Positions 1 through 10,342 of a stretch of DNA of 60,182 nucleotides are shown here, piece by piece. Source of the stretch: Moraxella sp. (GTDB lineage: Bacteria > Pseudomonadota > Gammaproteobacteria > Pseudomonadales > Moraxellaceae); assembly GCA_030538375.1 (NCBI GenBank), contig JAUNUB010000001.1, forward strand, positions 1-60,182, written 5' to 3'. Under the pieces are notes generated by a model. That model was given only the letters and a program-made list of their open reading frames with translations, was not told where the DNA came from and made no database searches. Each line of letters starts with the position of its first letter. Position 1 is the stretch's first letter. The translations under genes were made by a program, and so were the position numbers.

Positions 1-84
1 CCTTTTGTGATGAATACACAAGAAGAGATTGTGCAGGCAATACAAGATTTGCACAATGGCAAGTTTGGACATATTGTGCATTAA
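1..84 (+). CDS. Pirin family protein, C-terminal end (partial)
   Basis: Frame 1 reads PFVMNTQEEIVQAIQDLHNGKFGHIVH*; PFVMNT..EI.QA..D is the typical pirin C-terminus. Confidence 0.75.
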   Translation, partial: PFVMNTQEEIVQAIQDLHNGKFGHIVH

Positions 85-109
85 TGGCAGGTTGGTTGCT
101 GATATTGGT

Positions 110-214
110 TGTAGTCAAATAATTTACTTTAAGACAAGGAAAACGAGCGAAGATAGTGCAAGTAGGACAGCGAGTGAGTTTGATGATGTATTAAGATGAA
201 TTTAAAAGACTATA
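110..214. repeat. Correia-like miniature inverted-repeat element (MITE)
   Basis: Ends TGTAGTC...GACTATA; internal ACAAGG..GATAGTGCAAGTAG resembles Correia-type elements; the right half recurs in degenerate form at about 6190-6250, 8395-8435 and 10262-10299. Confidence 0.55.
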
Positions 215-224
215 TCACACAAGC

Positions 225-265
225 ACAACAAAACCTGTACTCTTGATAAGCGCAGGTTTTGTTGT
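225..265. terminator. Bidirectional intrinsic terminator
   Basis: ACAACAAAACCTG / CAGGTTTTGTTGT inverted repeat between convergent genes. Confidence 0.7.
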
Positions 266-426
266 TATTCTAAAAATTTCCATCAATCGTTGAATGTAGA
301 GCGTGCTTGTTATTTATCACACAACAGCCATAGTGTAGGCATAAGCCCACATAATTAAAACAGTGAACGAACAAAGCACCCCTACTGCAATCATCAGATA
401 GCAGGCTTACACCGCACCCTACTGAC

Positions 427-1683
427 TTAAAGTGAATTCATCTGACTGTAATACGCTCGCAAAATCGCCAGCACTTCAGGGCGGCTAAAGGTGTCAGGCA
501 CATCTGCACCGCTTGATAAGGCTTCACGCAGTTTTGTGCCGCTGATTTTGACATGCTGACTGCTGTCGTGCGGGCAGGTTTTGGTGCTTGCCATTGCTTG
601 ACAGTCATGACAATAAAAAGTCCAGTCGATTTTTAGCGGCTTGGTTATCAGTGCGTCTTTGACGATTGTATCAAAGATTTTTTGTGCGTCAAACGCTCCA
701 TAATAGTCTCCCACGCCTGCATGGTCTCGCCCCACGATAAGATGACTACAGCCATAATTTTGGCGGAACAGGGCATGTAGCAACGCTTCTTTTGGTCCAG
801 CATATCGCATATCCAGTGGGTAGCCTGCTTGAATAACGGTATCCGTCTTAAAATAATGCTCAATCAACGTAGCAATCGCACGCTGGCGGACATCAGCAGG
901 AATATCACCTTGTTTTAACTTGCCAAGCAAAGAATGCACCAGCACGCCATCGCAAATCTCAACAGCGATTTTGGCAAGGTATTCGTGCGAGCGGTGCATG
1001 GGGTTACGAGTTTGAAAAGCGGCAATGCTTTGCCACTGCTTGGCTTGGAATAACGCCCGTGTCTCGGCAGGGGTTTTATAAATTTCTGGGTATCGGCTCG
1101 GAAATTCCCCTTGGCTAAAGACTTCAACCGCTCCGCCCAGATACACATCGCCACTTGCCAGCACCTGTGCCACGCCTACATGAGCGGCATCAGCTGTGCC
1201 AAAAGTAGACAAACATTCACGCTCTTTATCGGGAGTATAAATACTATTAATTGTCAGCACCCCCATCAACTCATCACCGTCATCAGACGATGACACTAGG
1301 GCAACTTTATCGCCATGTTTGAGCGATTTTGCGGTATCGTTGTCGGTGGATAAAGTGATGGGAATGGGAAAAAACACCCCTTGGTATTCACCATGCACGC
1401 CGCCTTGTGTGAGCGTCATCTCATCAACCACGCCTGTATAATCGGCTTGCCCCATAAAGCCATCAAGCGGCGTAAATCCACCAATACCCAGCATAATCAA
1501 ATCCCCACGTTCACGGCTGGATAAGGTAATTTGTGGCAGATTTTGAGCTTCGCTGATGGCTTGGGTGAGTGCGTCGCCAGTCAGCACAAGCGGTTTTAGG
1601 GTTGGACTGCCGTGCGGCGGCACAAGATTGGTATAGATGTCTTGATTGCTAAAGGCGTTGGTATTGATATTGGCGTTTGGCAT
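427..1683 (-). CDS. sat: Sulfate adenylyltransferase (Sat-type ATP sulfurylase)
   Basis: [30 protein letters not shown] motifs. Confidence 0.95.
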   Translation of the reverse strand: MPNANINTNAFSNQDIYTNLVPPHGSPTLKPLVLTGDALTQAISEAQNLPQITLSSRERGDLIMLGIGGFTPLDGFMGQADYTGVVDEMTLTQGGVHGEYQGVFFPIPITLSTDNDTAKSLKHGDKVALVSSSDDGDELMGVLTINSIYTPDKERECLSTFGTADAAHVGVAQVLASGDVYLGGAVEVFSQGEFPSRYPEIYKTPAETRALFQAKQWQSIAAFQTRNPMHRSHEYLAKIAVEICDGVLVHSLLGKLKQGDIPADVRQRAIATLIEHYFKTDTVIQAGYPLDMRYAGPKEALLHALFRQNYGCSHLIVGRDHAGVGDYYGAFDAQKIFDTIVKDALITKPLKIDWTFYCHDCQAMASTKTCPHDSSQHVKISGTKLREALSSGADVPDTFSRPEVLAILRAYYSQMNSL

Positions 1684-1881
1684 AGCTATTCCTAAATTAA
1701 AGTGAATGGGCGAATGCGACGTATCTTAAAAGATTTTATCGCAATTGAACTATGCCAAAACGTCATGGCGTTATGCTGTTTTGGCATTTTTGTTTTTGGG
1801 CGAGTGCATTTACCATGTGAACACTTTTAGCAAGGCAGGCAGTTCGCGATGATGGACTGCTCATACCCAAGGATTTTCGCC

Positions 1882-3558
1882 ATGTATCAATATTCGTATG
1901 CGGACAAGACACTCGTGAATGAACGTGTCGCCCAGTACCGCCATCAGACCCAGCGGTTTTTGGCAGGGGAGTTGCCCGAAGAGCAGTTTTTGCCTTTGCG
2001 ATTGCAAAATGGCTTGTACATTCAGCGTCATGCACCGATGTTGCGTATCGCCATTCCTTATGGTCTGTTGTCCAGCCAGCAATTGCACACCTTGGCGGAC
2101 ATCAGCACACGCTTTGACAAAGGCTATGTCCATTTCACCACACGCACCAATGTTCAGCTAAATTGGGTCAAGCTAGAAGAAGTGCCTGATATATTACAAG
2201 TGCTTGCCGACAGCGAAATGCACGCCATACAGACATCTGGCAACTGCATTCGCAATACCACGACCGACCCCTATGCAGGCATTCATGCCGATGAAATCGC
2301 CGACCCACGCCCATACTGCGAAATCATTCGCCAGTGGAGCACCTTTCACCCAGAATTCGCCTATTTGCCACGCAAGTTCAAGATTGCGGTGATTGGCACA
2401 AAGTCCGACCGTGCCGCCACACAGCTGCATGATATTGGCTTGCATTTGGTCAAGCAAGGTGATGAGCTGGGTTTTGAAGTGATTGTGGGTGGTGGACTGG
2501 GACGCACGCCGATGATTGGCAAGGTGATTAACTACTTTTTGCCACGTCGCCATCTGCTAAGCTACCTTGATGCAATACTGCGTGTGTACAACCTTGAAGG
2601 CAGACGTGATAACAAATACAAGGCACGTATCAAAATCTTGGTGGACAGTCTTGGGGCAGAAGCCTTTGCCGATAAGGTGGCGGCAGAATGGGCGTACAGC
2701 AAAGACGGTGAGCTGACTTTGCGTGATGAGCATTTTGCCAAGGCGGCAAGTTTTTTTGATGCACCCAATTACAAAGCCCTTGACCCCTTGGCAGCACAAA
2801 GCCAGCTGAATGAATTTTTGCAAGATACCGCCTTTAAAAACTGGTACGCCCACAACACCGTCAATCACAAAATAGCAGGCTATAAAGCGGTGGTGATTTC
2901 GCTAAAAGCGGGCGTGGTGGCGGATAAATATGTGCCTGCAGGAGATTTAACGCATGCACAAATGCACGCTTTGGCGGACTTGGCGGACGCATACAGCTTT
3001 GGCGAGATTCGTGCCACACACCATCAAAACCTTGTGCTGGCAGATGTCAAGGTGAGTGATTTGTACGCCTTGTGGCAATCGCTTGATGAGCTGAATTTGG
3101 CTCGTGCCAATATCGGCACACTGACGGATATGATTGTCTGCCCCGGTTTTGACTACTGTAGTCTTGCCAATGCGACCACGCACAACATCGCCCACAGTAT
3201 CGAGACCGCCTTTGATGAGCTCGACTATCTGTATGACTTAGGCGAGATACGGCTTAATATGTCAGGCTGCATGAATGCCTGTGCCCATCATCATGTGGGC
3301 GATATTGGCATTCTTGGCGTGGACAAAAAAGGCGAGCATTGGTATCAGATTAGTCTTGGCGGCAATTCTGGCGAACATGCCAAATTGGGGCAGATTTTGG
3401 GGCGTGCAGTCGCCGCTGATGAAGTAGCAAACACCATCAAAACCATTGCCAATGTCTATAAAGACCATCGGCAAGACAATGGCGAGAGTGTCGAAAGTTT
3501 TGCGGATTTTGTGGCTCGTGTGGGTATCGCACCGTTTAAATCTGCGGTATATCAATAA
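1882..3558 (+). CDS. cysI: Nitrite/sulfite reductase hemoprotein (siroheme, 4Fe-4S)
   Basis: LPRKFKIAV, CPGFDYC, SGCMNACAHHHVGDIG; start set at ATG 1882 after AAGGA. Confidence 0.9.
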   Translation: MYQYSYADKTLVNERVAQYRHQTQRFLAGELPEEQFLPLRLQNGLYIQRHAPMLRIAIPYGLLSSQQLHTLADISTRFDKGYVHFTTRTNVQLNWVKLEEVPDILQVLADSEMHAIQTSGNCIRNTTTDPYAGIHADEIADPRPYCEIIRQWSTFHPEFAYLPRKFKIAVIGTKSDRAATQLHDIGLHLVKQGDELGFEVIVGGGLGRTPMIGKVINYFLPRRHLLSYLDAILRVYNLEGRRDNKYKARIKILVDSLGAEAFADKVAAEWAYSKDGELTLRDEHFAKAASFFDAPNYKALDPLAAQSQLNEFLQDTAFKNWYAHNTVNHKIAGYKAVVISLKAGVVADKYVPAGDLTHAQMHALADLADAYSFGEIRATHHQNLVLADVKVSDLYALWQSLDELNLARANIGTLTDMIVCPGFDYCSLANATTHNIAHSIETAFDELDYLYDLGEIRLNMSGCMNACAHHHVGDIGILGVDKKGEHWYQISLGGNSGEHAKLGQILGRAVAADEVANTIKTIANVYKDHRQDNGESVESFADFVARVGIAPFKSAVYQ

Positions 3559-3618
3559 TCCGTATATCATTAATATTCGTGTATTATTAATCCCTATATC
3601 ATTAAGTAAAGGTACAAC

Positions 3619-4113
3619 ATGATAATCCATATCCATAACAATGATATTGTGCAATCAAGCGATGATGTTTATTTATATCATGCCAATGAAGTACCCTTAA
3701 TTGATAATATCAAGAAAACTGATGATATTACTCAAGCAGGTATTGTTTTGGTAAGCTATGATGACTTTATGCAATTGTCCGATACACAAAAAACAACAGT
3801 CTATCTGTTATTAACTGCCGATGATATTGGGCGTCATTTAGAATTATCTCATCTTAATGGTATTGTCATTTATATCACCGATTTTAAAGATGGCAGAGTA
3901 TTTAGTTTGGTGCGTCATATTCGTCAAGTGAGTGATGTGAATATCATCATCGCTGGGGAATTTGGCATTGACCAAGCGGCATATTTTTATAAATCTGGAG
4001 CAAATGGCTTTATTATTGATGATAATCAAATCGAGACAATAAAGAATACCCTAAACGATTTAAAAACCGCCCATTTTGGACAATCCGCCAGCAGCTTGCC
4101 GATGTTCCGATAG
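3619..4113 (+). CDS. DUF934-family sulfite-reduction accessory protein
   Basis: F.DGR.FSL.R and DQ..Y...G..GF motifs; position after cysI. Confidence 0.75.
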   Translation: MIIHIHNNDIVQSSDDVYLYHANEVPLIDNIKKTDDITQAGIVLVSYDDFMQLSDTQKTTVYLLLTADDIGRHLELSHLNGIVIYITDFKDGRVFSLVRHIRQVSDVNIIIAGEFGIDQAAYFYKSGANGFIIDDNQIETIKNTLNDLKTAHFGQSASSLPMFR

Positions 4114-4150
4114 TTTTTTATTTAATTTTTTTATCGACTGGAGAAATCTT

Positions 4151-4792
4151 ATGTTAAAAACCCTTGTTAATGAAAATAATCTTGCTGATTATAATGCCAC
4201 ATTACACGGCAAGACCCCTAGTGAAATTGTCCAGTGGGCATTATCTATCGCCAGCAATCCTATTATTACCACCAATTTTCGCCCTTATGAAGCGTCTATT
4301 TTGCACTTGATTAGCCAAATTCAACCTAATATTCAAGTGCTGTTTGTCGATAGCGGCTATAACACCGAAGCCACGTATCGCTATGCCCAAGATTTAATCA
4401 AGCAATTAAACTTAAACGTCATCACTTATATTCCTGCTCAAACTCGTGCCTTTCGTGATGTGGCGTTGGGCGGCATTCCTAACGTGGACAGTCCTTTGCA
4501 CGATGAATTTACCGAGCAAGTCAAACTTGAGCCATTTCGCCGTGCTTTGGCAGAGTTGCAACCTGATGTGTGGTTTAATGCCATTCGCAAAGACCAAACG
4601 GAATTCCGTGGGGCATTAGATGTATTAAGCCTATCCAAAGACGGTGTGTTAAAGGTTGCTCCTTTGTTTTATTTGACCGACAGTGATTTGGATAAATATC
4701 AAGATACGCACAATTTGCCAAATGAATTTGATTACTTTGACCCAACCAAAGCATTAGCACATAGAGAGTGTGGATTACACACTCAAATTTAA
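4151..4792 (+). CDS. cysH: Phosphoadenosine phosphosulfate (PAPS/APS) reductase
   Basis: VDSGY..ETY, KLEPF, C-terminal RECGLH; ATG 4151 after GGAGA. Confidence 0.9.
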   Translation: MLKTLVNENNLADYNATLHGKTPSEIVQWALSIASNPIITTNFRPYEASILHLISQIQPNIQVLFVDSGYNTEATYRYAQDLIKQLNLNVITYIPAQTRAFRDVALGGIPNVDSPLHDEFTEQVKLEPFRRALAELQPDVWFNAIRKDQTEFRGALDVLSLSKDGVLKVAPLFYLTDSDLDKYQDTHNLPNEFDYFDPTKALAHRECGLHTQI

Positions 4793-4821
4793 TCACTCAT
4801 TATATATAGTAAGAGAAAATT

Positions 4822-6207
4822 ATGAATACCCTGCCTTTGTTTTTTAACCTACAACAAAAAACCGTGCTGATTGTCGGTGGTGGTGATGTGGCAAAAAGAA
4901 AGGCAGAGATAATGCACAAATCAGGCGCAAATTTGATTGTCATTGCCAAACGATTTGATTTAGCCTTGCAAGATTTTTTGTTAGCCAATAATCATTTGAT
5001 GGTGAATAAATCTTATCATCGTGATGAATTGCTTGGGCTAAAAAATATCAGCCTAATTGTCTGTGCAACCGATGATGAGCTATTAAATAGACAAGTATAT
5101 CAAGACGCTAAGGATTTGAACATTCCGATTAATGTCGTGGATAATCCTACACTGTGCGATTTTATATTCCCTGCCATTGTGGATAGAAGTCCTATCATTA
5201 TCGGCGTGTCTAGCAATGGCAAAGCCCCAGTATTAGCCAGATTAATCCGTGCCAAAATAGAAAGCGTACTGCCAAGTAATATCGGTGCAATCGCCAAACA
5301 AGCAGGCGAGTTCCGAGAGACAGTCAAAAACGCATTGCCCACGGTCAAGCAAAGGCGTTATTTTTGGGAAAAGGTTTTTGCTAAGGCTTTGGGTGATACA
5401 CCCCTGCCAAATCTTGAAAATGCCTTGCAAGATTTTGTGCAGCAAGACAAGCCAAGCATAGGTGAAGTGTATATCGTGGGTGCAGGTGCTGGCAATCCTG
5501 ACCTATTGACGTTCAAGGCGTTGCGGCTTATGCAGCAGGCGGACGTGGTGCTGTATGACGCACTGGTGTCCGATGAGATAGTGGACTTGTGCCGACGAGA
5601 CAGCGATAAAATATTCGTGGGCAAAAAACGCAGCCAGCACACCAAGAGCCAAGACGAGATTAACGCCCTGCTGGTGCAATACGCCAAAGCAGGCAAGCGA
5701 GTGCTGCGGCTCAAGGGCGGAGACCCTTTTGTCTTTGGGCGTGGCGGCGAAGAAATGCTGGCGTGTCAGACGGCAGATGTGCCATGTCAAGTGGTGAGCG
5801 GTATCACGTCGGCACTGGCGGCAGCAAGTGGGGCTGGCATTCCGCTCACACATCGCGGCGTGGCGAGCAGTGTGCGTTTTTTGACGGCGTGCTATCAAAC
5901 TTCGGTCTTTGATGGGCTAAAAAGCACCTATCACAAGGACGAGACACTGGTGTTTTATATGGGCTTGCACACGCTTGAAAGGCTCGCCCAATCCTTACAA
6001 AACTCTGGCTTGGCAAGCGATACGCCTATTGCCATCGTATCCAATGCCAGCCTAGCCAATCAACAAGTTTTGACAGGTACGCTAAAGAACATCGCCGCTC
6101 GCCAAGCCATCAATAATCTGCCCGCCCCTGCGATTATCATTGTGGGTGATGTGGTGCGGTTGTATGCCAAGCCCAAGACACAACATATAGACAGTACAGG
6201 TGCTTAG
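4822..6207 (+). CDS. cysG: Siroheme synthase
   Basis: GGGDVA.RK dehydrogenase domain plus GAGAGNPDLLT and RLKGGDPFVFGRGGEE methyltransferase domain. Confidence 0.95.
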   Translation: MNTLPLFFNLQQKTVLIVGGGDVAKRKAEIMHKSGANLIVIAKRFDLALQDFLLANNHLMVNKSYHRDELLGLKNISLIVCATDDELLNRQVYQDAKDLNIPINVVDNPTLCDFIFPAIVDRSPIIIGVSSNGKAPVLARLIRAKIESVLPSNIGAIAKQAGEFRETVKNALPTVKQRRYFWEKVFAKALGDTPLPNLENALQDFVQQDKPSIGEVYIVGAGAGNPDLLTFKALRLMQQADVVLYDALVSDEIVDLCRRDSDKIFVGKKRSQHTKSQDEINALLVQYAKAGKRVLRLKGGDPFVFGRGGEEMLACQTADVPCQVVSGITSALAAASGAGIPLTHRGVASSVRFLTACYQTSVFDGLKSTYHKDETLVFYMGLHTLERLAQSLQNSGLASDTPIAIVSNASLANQQVLTGTLKNIAARQAINNLPAPAIIIVGDVVRLYAKPKTQHIDSTGA

Positions 6208-6259
6208 CAGTGAGTTTGATGGCATATTAAAGCGAATTTAAAAGGCTGTAATGATTGGC

Positions 6260-7072
6260 TTAATAGCCCATTTGATTTAACCGACGGTAATTATCACAGC
6301 CTGTTTGATCGCCATTATCGCAGGCTTTCCCAAACCATGCTTTGGCAGTGGCATAATCTTGGCGTACGCCCCAGCCGTTATAGTACATCGCTCCTAGATT
6401 ATTTTGTGCTCCAGCAAATCCTTGATGAGCGGCTTTGCTATACCATTCCACCGCTTTGGCATAGTTTTGACGTACGCCTTGACCTTGTTCGTGCATTACT
6501 CCTAGATTATTCTGTGCTTCGGCAAGCCCTTGATTGGCGGCCTTGGTGTACCACTCAATAGCTTTGGTATAATCTTGGCGTATGCCATAACCTTGCTTGT
6601 GCATCAGCCCTAGATTGGTTTGTGCTTGAGCAAGCCCTTGATTGGCGGCCTTGGTGTACCACTCGGCGGCTTTGGCATAGTTTTGGCGTACGCCTTGACC
6701 TTGTTCGTGCATTACTCCTAGATTGTGTTGTGCAAAGGGATTGCCTTGATTGGCAGCTTTGGTGTACCATTCGGCAGCTTTAGAATAGTCTTGGCGTACG
6801 CCTTGACCTTTATAATACATCACTCCTAGATTATGTTGTGCGTAGGCATAGCCTTGATTGGCGGCTTTGGTAAACCATTCGATAGCTTTGACATGGTCTT
6901 GACGTACACCTTGACCGTTGGCATACATCATTCCTAGACTATATTGTGCGTCAGCATAGCCTTGGCTTGCCAGCTGATAAGTGGTATTAAAGTCGGATAC
7001 ATCATTGGCTATCGCTGGGGTGGTGGCAGTCAGTGTAAAAGCGAGTAATAAGAGGGCAAAGTACTTCATCAT
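6260..7072 (-). CDS. Secreted Sel1-like repeat protein
   Basis: Signal peptide plus about six 36-aa AQ.NLG.MY..G.GVRQDY.KA.EWY.KAA.QG repeats. Confidence 0.9.
   Translation of the reverse strand: MMKYFALLLLAFTLTATTPAIANDVSDFNTTYQLASQGYADAQYSLGMMYANGQGVRQDHVKAIEWFTKAANQGYAYAQHNLGVMYYKGQGVRQDYSKAAEWYTKAANQGNPFAQHNLGVMHEQGQGVRQNYAKAAEWYTKAANQGLAQAQTNLGLMHKQGYGIRQDYTKAIEWYTKAANQGLAEAQNNLGVMHEQGQGVRQNYAKAVEWYSKAAHQGFAGAQNNLGAMYYNGWGVRQDYATAKAWFGKACDNGDQTGCDNYRRLNQMGY
6330..6965 (-). repeat. 108-bp tandem coding repeats (Sel1 units)
   Basis: Near-identical DNA units, e.g. GCTTTGGCATAGTTTTG.CGTACGCCTTGACCTTGTTCGTGCATTACTCCTAGATT occurs twice, 216 bp apart. Confidence 0.85.
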
Positions 7073-7214
7073 AATATTCCATACAAAAATGTATGACAAC
7101 TATAGCACAAGCAATAATATAAGCAAAGCGAATACAGATAGTATTTATCAGTGAGTTTGATTAAGTTCGGTTTGGATTGGTTGATTTTTTTGACTTACCC
7201 TTTATCAAAGACAT

Positions 7215-8237
7215 TTAAAACATCTGAAGCAAGGTATCAACAATCGGCACAACAATCATAAACAGCAGCGTACTGGTTGTAACCACATTAGTCGCAAACT
7301 GCACATCGCCACGAGCTTCATTCGCCAAAATCGGCAGCACGGCTAAGGCAGAAACGGAGGATTGCAAAATCAGCGTTTTGGCTTCCATGCTTGGCAAAGT
7401 TAATGACGGCATAAATAAATGCCCAGCCAGCACAAGCCCTGCCATGATAACGGGGGCTAGAATAAATTTGCCCATTAATGCGGCAATCGTATCCTTATCA
7501 AAACGAATGCTTTTTAGCCCAGCGTCCGCCAATGTAATACCAATGTATAACAGCGATAAGGGGGTAACAATGCTGCCTATATAATTGAGCGAAGAATGAA
7601 TAAACGCAGGCACAGGAATGGCTAGCAATAAAAATACCAATGCGACTAAAAAACCCAATAGCGGCGCTGGTAAGAGCTTTTTCCAATCAAACTTTTTGGG
7701 CTTGGTTTGTGCTTGATTGTTAGTTTTGTCTTGAGTTTTATCTTTTGGCTCACTGCTATTTTCACTGCTGTCTTCACTGCTATCATTAGCAATCAAAAAC
7801 GCCCCAAATGCCCAAGTAGAAACCGTATTTAGCACATAATAAACCAAAAAATACGGCATACTTGCTTCGCCAAATAGGGCGATATTTAGCGGCAAACCAA
7901 TAAAAATCGTATTGGCATTGACAATCGTATTAATAAAAACGCCACGCCGTCCACGCCGCACTTTTAGCAGCTTTACCATCAGCCACGCCGCCAAATAACC
8001 CAGCACCAAAGAAGCCGCACCGTATACCAATCCGCCAGATAATGACGCCAATTTATCACGGTCTAAATAAGTCAAAACAGATACAAAAATAGAAGCAGGC
8101 AAGGCGATATTCATAATCAGCTTTGAAATATTGCCCGCAAAGCTATCGGCAAACCATGCTTTATTTCGCAAATAAAACCCCAGTGCAATAATCAGCACAA
8201 TGGAAAGTACACTTTCTACGGCGGTTAGAAAAATCAT
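7215..8237 (-). CDS. mleP: AEC-family transporter, malate permease-like
   Basis: Multi-TM; ISKLIMNIALPASIFVSV and NTIFIGLPLN motifs; downstream of the malic enzyme gene. Confidence 0.75.
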   Translation of the reverse strand: MIFLTAVESVLSIVLIIALGFYLRNKAWFADSFAGNISKLIMNIALPASIFVSVLTYLDRDKLASLSGGLVYGAASLVLGYLAAWLMVKLLKVRRGRRGVFINTIVNANTIFIGLPLNIALFGEASMPYFLVYYVLNTVSTWAFGAFLIANDSSEDSSENSSEPKDKTQDKTNNQAQTKPKKFDWKKLLPAPLLGFLVALVFLLLAIPVPAFIHSSLNYIGSIVTPLSLLYIGITLADAGLKSIRFDKDTIAALMGKFILAPVIMAGLVLAGHLFMPSLTLPSMEAKTLILQSSVSALAVLPILANEARGDVQFATNVVTTSTLLFMIVVPIVDTLLQMF

Positions 8238-8315
8238 AGTGCTGCCTTTATATAAGGGTTATTAATAAGAGTTTAATAATAGTTATTTGATAATGGTTGT
8301 TTAATATTATCAAAA

Positions 8316-8362
8316 TAAAAAAGGCTGTCTGAATATAATATAAGATTATTCAGACAGCCCTT
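8316..8362 (-). terminator. Stem-loop/terminator between malic enzyme and permease
   Basis: GGCTGTCTGAATA / TATTCAGACAGCC with an A-tract on the left. Confidence 0.65.
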
Positions 8363-8430
8363 ATTTATTTAGTAATTTAGGTTTGATTTAAATTACGAGT
8401 TTAAAGACGTATTAAAGCGAATTTAAAAAA

Positions 8431-10077
8431 CTATTTATAAACAGGCTGCCACATAGCGTCTTGCACCGCTTGCACAATGCTATCGTGATTTTTATCAAAA
8501 TCACGCACCGCCACATCATCGGCAATCGCTTGCTTCACCACCGCCACCGCCACAGTCGCCGAACTGGCTCGCAAATGGTCTACCGCAGGCAATAGCGAAG
8601 CCCCCACGCCAGATACATCAACCTGCCCAGCCACCGCCTTTGCCGCCGCCAAAAGCATACCATCGGTAACACGCTTTGCCTTTGATACGATAATCCCTAA
8701 GCCCAGCCCCGGATACAGCAGAGCATTATTCGCCTGCCCTATTTTGTAATTCACCCCATCAAAAGGCACATCAGCCACAGGAATACCCGTTGCAATCAAT
8801 GCCTTGCCCTTAGTCCAAGGCACAATATCCGCAGGCATCGCCTCAATACGCTCGGTAGGGTTGGAGAGCGGCAGAATAATCGGACGCTCCACACCAGCCG
8901 CCATCGCCTCAATCACCTCTTGAGTGAACGCCCCATGGTCGGTAGACGTACCGATTAAAATCGTGGGCTTAACCTGCTGCACCACCGTCAAAAGATTGAT
9001 TTTGCCATCACGTCTAGCCCAGTCTTGCACCTCGCCAGCAGCACGGGCGTACACCTGCTGATAATCAGGTGCGTCCTGCATATCATCAGTTACCAAGCCA
9101 TTCACATCAACCAGCCACACACGCTTTTTGGCCTCATCATCACTTAGCCCATCACGCACCATCGCCGCATGAATTTGGTCAGCCATGCCAGTGCCAGCCG
9201 TGCCAGCACCGTACACCAGCAAACGCTGCTCGGCAAAATTCTGCTTAGTCACTTTTAAGCCAGAAAACACCGCCGACATCACAATCGCCCCAGTGCCTTG
9301 CATATCGTCATTAAAAATACGGTATTTGTCCGCATTATTCACCAAAATACGGCGTGCATTGCTAGGTCCAAAATCTTCAAAGTGCAGCAAAGCGTTAGGG
9401 AAAAGCTCGCTAGCCGTTTTGAGATACAAGTCAATAAACTCATCATAAGCCTTGCCCGTAATACGAGCGTGGCGATTACCCAGATAAGCAGGGTCGTTCA
9501 AAAGTGCTTCGTTATCTGTGCCAACGTCCAAATTCACCGCAATCACACGAGCAGGGTCAATACCAGCCGCCGCCGTATACACCGCCAATTTGCCCACCGA
9601 AATATCCGTGCCGTTCACGCCCCAATCACCAATACCCAAAATTTCTTGAGCGTCCGACACCACCAGCAAATCCACATCATCAGCCCCAAGCCCTAGCGAT
9701 GACAAAGCAGCCCGCACATCTTCAGGGCGGTCAATGGAGAGATAAATCGCACGAGATTGACGATAATCGCTGCTCCATTTTTTAATCGCTTCGCCAATGG
9801 TCGGGTCATAAACGATGGGTAACATCTCGGCAAGATGGTCAGTAATCACACGATAAAACAGCACTTCATTGCGATTGTGCAAGCCGTCCAAATAAATGTA
9901 TTTTTCTAAATCCGTCTCAAAACTGCTAATTTGTTTATAAGCACGCACCGCTTGTTGGTCTAGCGTTTCCACTGCCGCAGGCAACCGCCCAATTAGCCCA
10001 AGTTTGGCTCGCTCTTCATAGGTGAAGGCGGTGTCTTTGTTGGTAAGGGGGGTTTTGAGAATGCTGAGCTTATTCAT
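8431..10077 (-). CDS. NAD-dependent malic enzyme / malolactic enzyme-like
   Basis: LPIVYDPTIG, ILGIGDWGVNGTDISVGKL, FEDF, NDDMQGTG, GAGTAG, LSNPT; start after AGGAG. Confidence 0.9.
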   Translation of the reverse strand: MNKLSILKTPLTNKDTAFTYEERAKLGLIGRLPAAVETLDQQAVRAYKQISSFETDLEKYIYLDGLHNRNEVLFYRVITDHLAEMLPIVYDPTIGEAIKKWSSDYRQSRAIYLSIDRPEDVRAALSSLGLGADDVDLLVVSDAQEILGIGDWGVNGTDISVGKLAVYTAAAGIDPARVIAVNLDVGTDNEALLNDPAYLGNRHARITGKAYDEFIDLYLKTASELFPNALLHFEDFGPSNARRILVNNADKYRIFNDDMQGTGAIVMSAVFSGLKVTKQNFAEQRLLVYGAGTAGTGMADQIHAAMVRDGLSDDEAKKRVWLVDVNGLVTDDMQDAPDYQQVYARAAGEVQDWARRDGKINLLTVVQQVKPTILIGTSTDHGAFTQEVIEAMAAGVERPIILPLSNPTERIEAMPADIVPWTKGKALIATGIPVADVPFDGVNYKIGQANNALLYPGLGLGIIVSKAKRVTDGMLLAAAKAVAGQVDVSGVGASLLPAVDHLRASSATVAVAVVKQAIADDVAVRDFDKNHDSIVQAVQDAMWQPVYK

Positions 10078-10342
10078 AAGTAGCTCCTTAGAAGTCTTAG
10101 AAAAATAGGGTATGGACAAGGTGTGGCGAATGTCTGCCTTGGGTAATCAAATCATGCAGATGACCGAATACTTTGGCAAGTATACGCCCATCATTCAGAC
10201 AATCCAATGACAATCATCAAAATAATTGTTAAAAATTGTTAACAAATGATATTCATAATCACGTTTGACGATGTACTAAATTGAATTTAAAAGACTATAA
10301 TACTAAGACCGCCTTAGCCCAAACCACAGACCATATTAGGGG

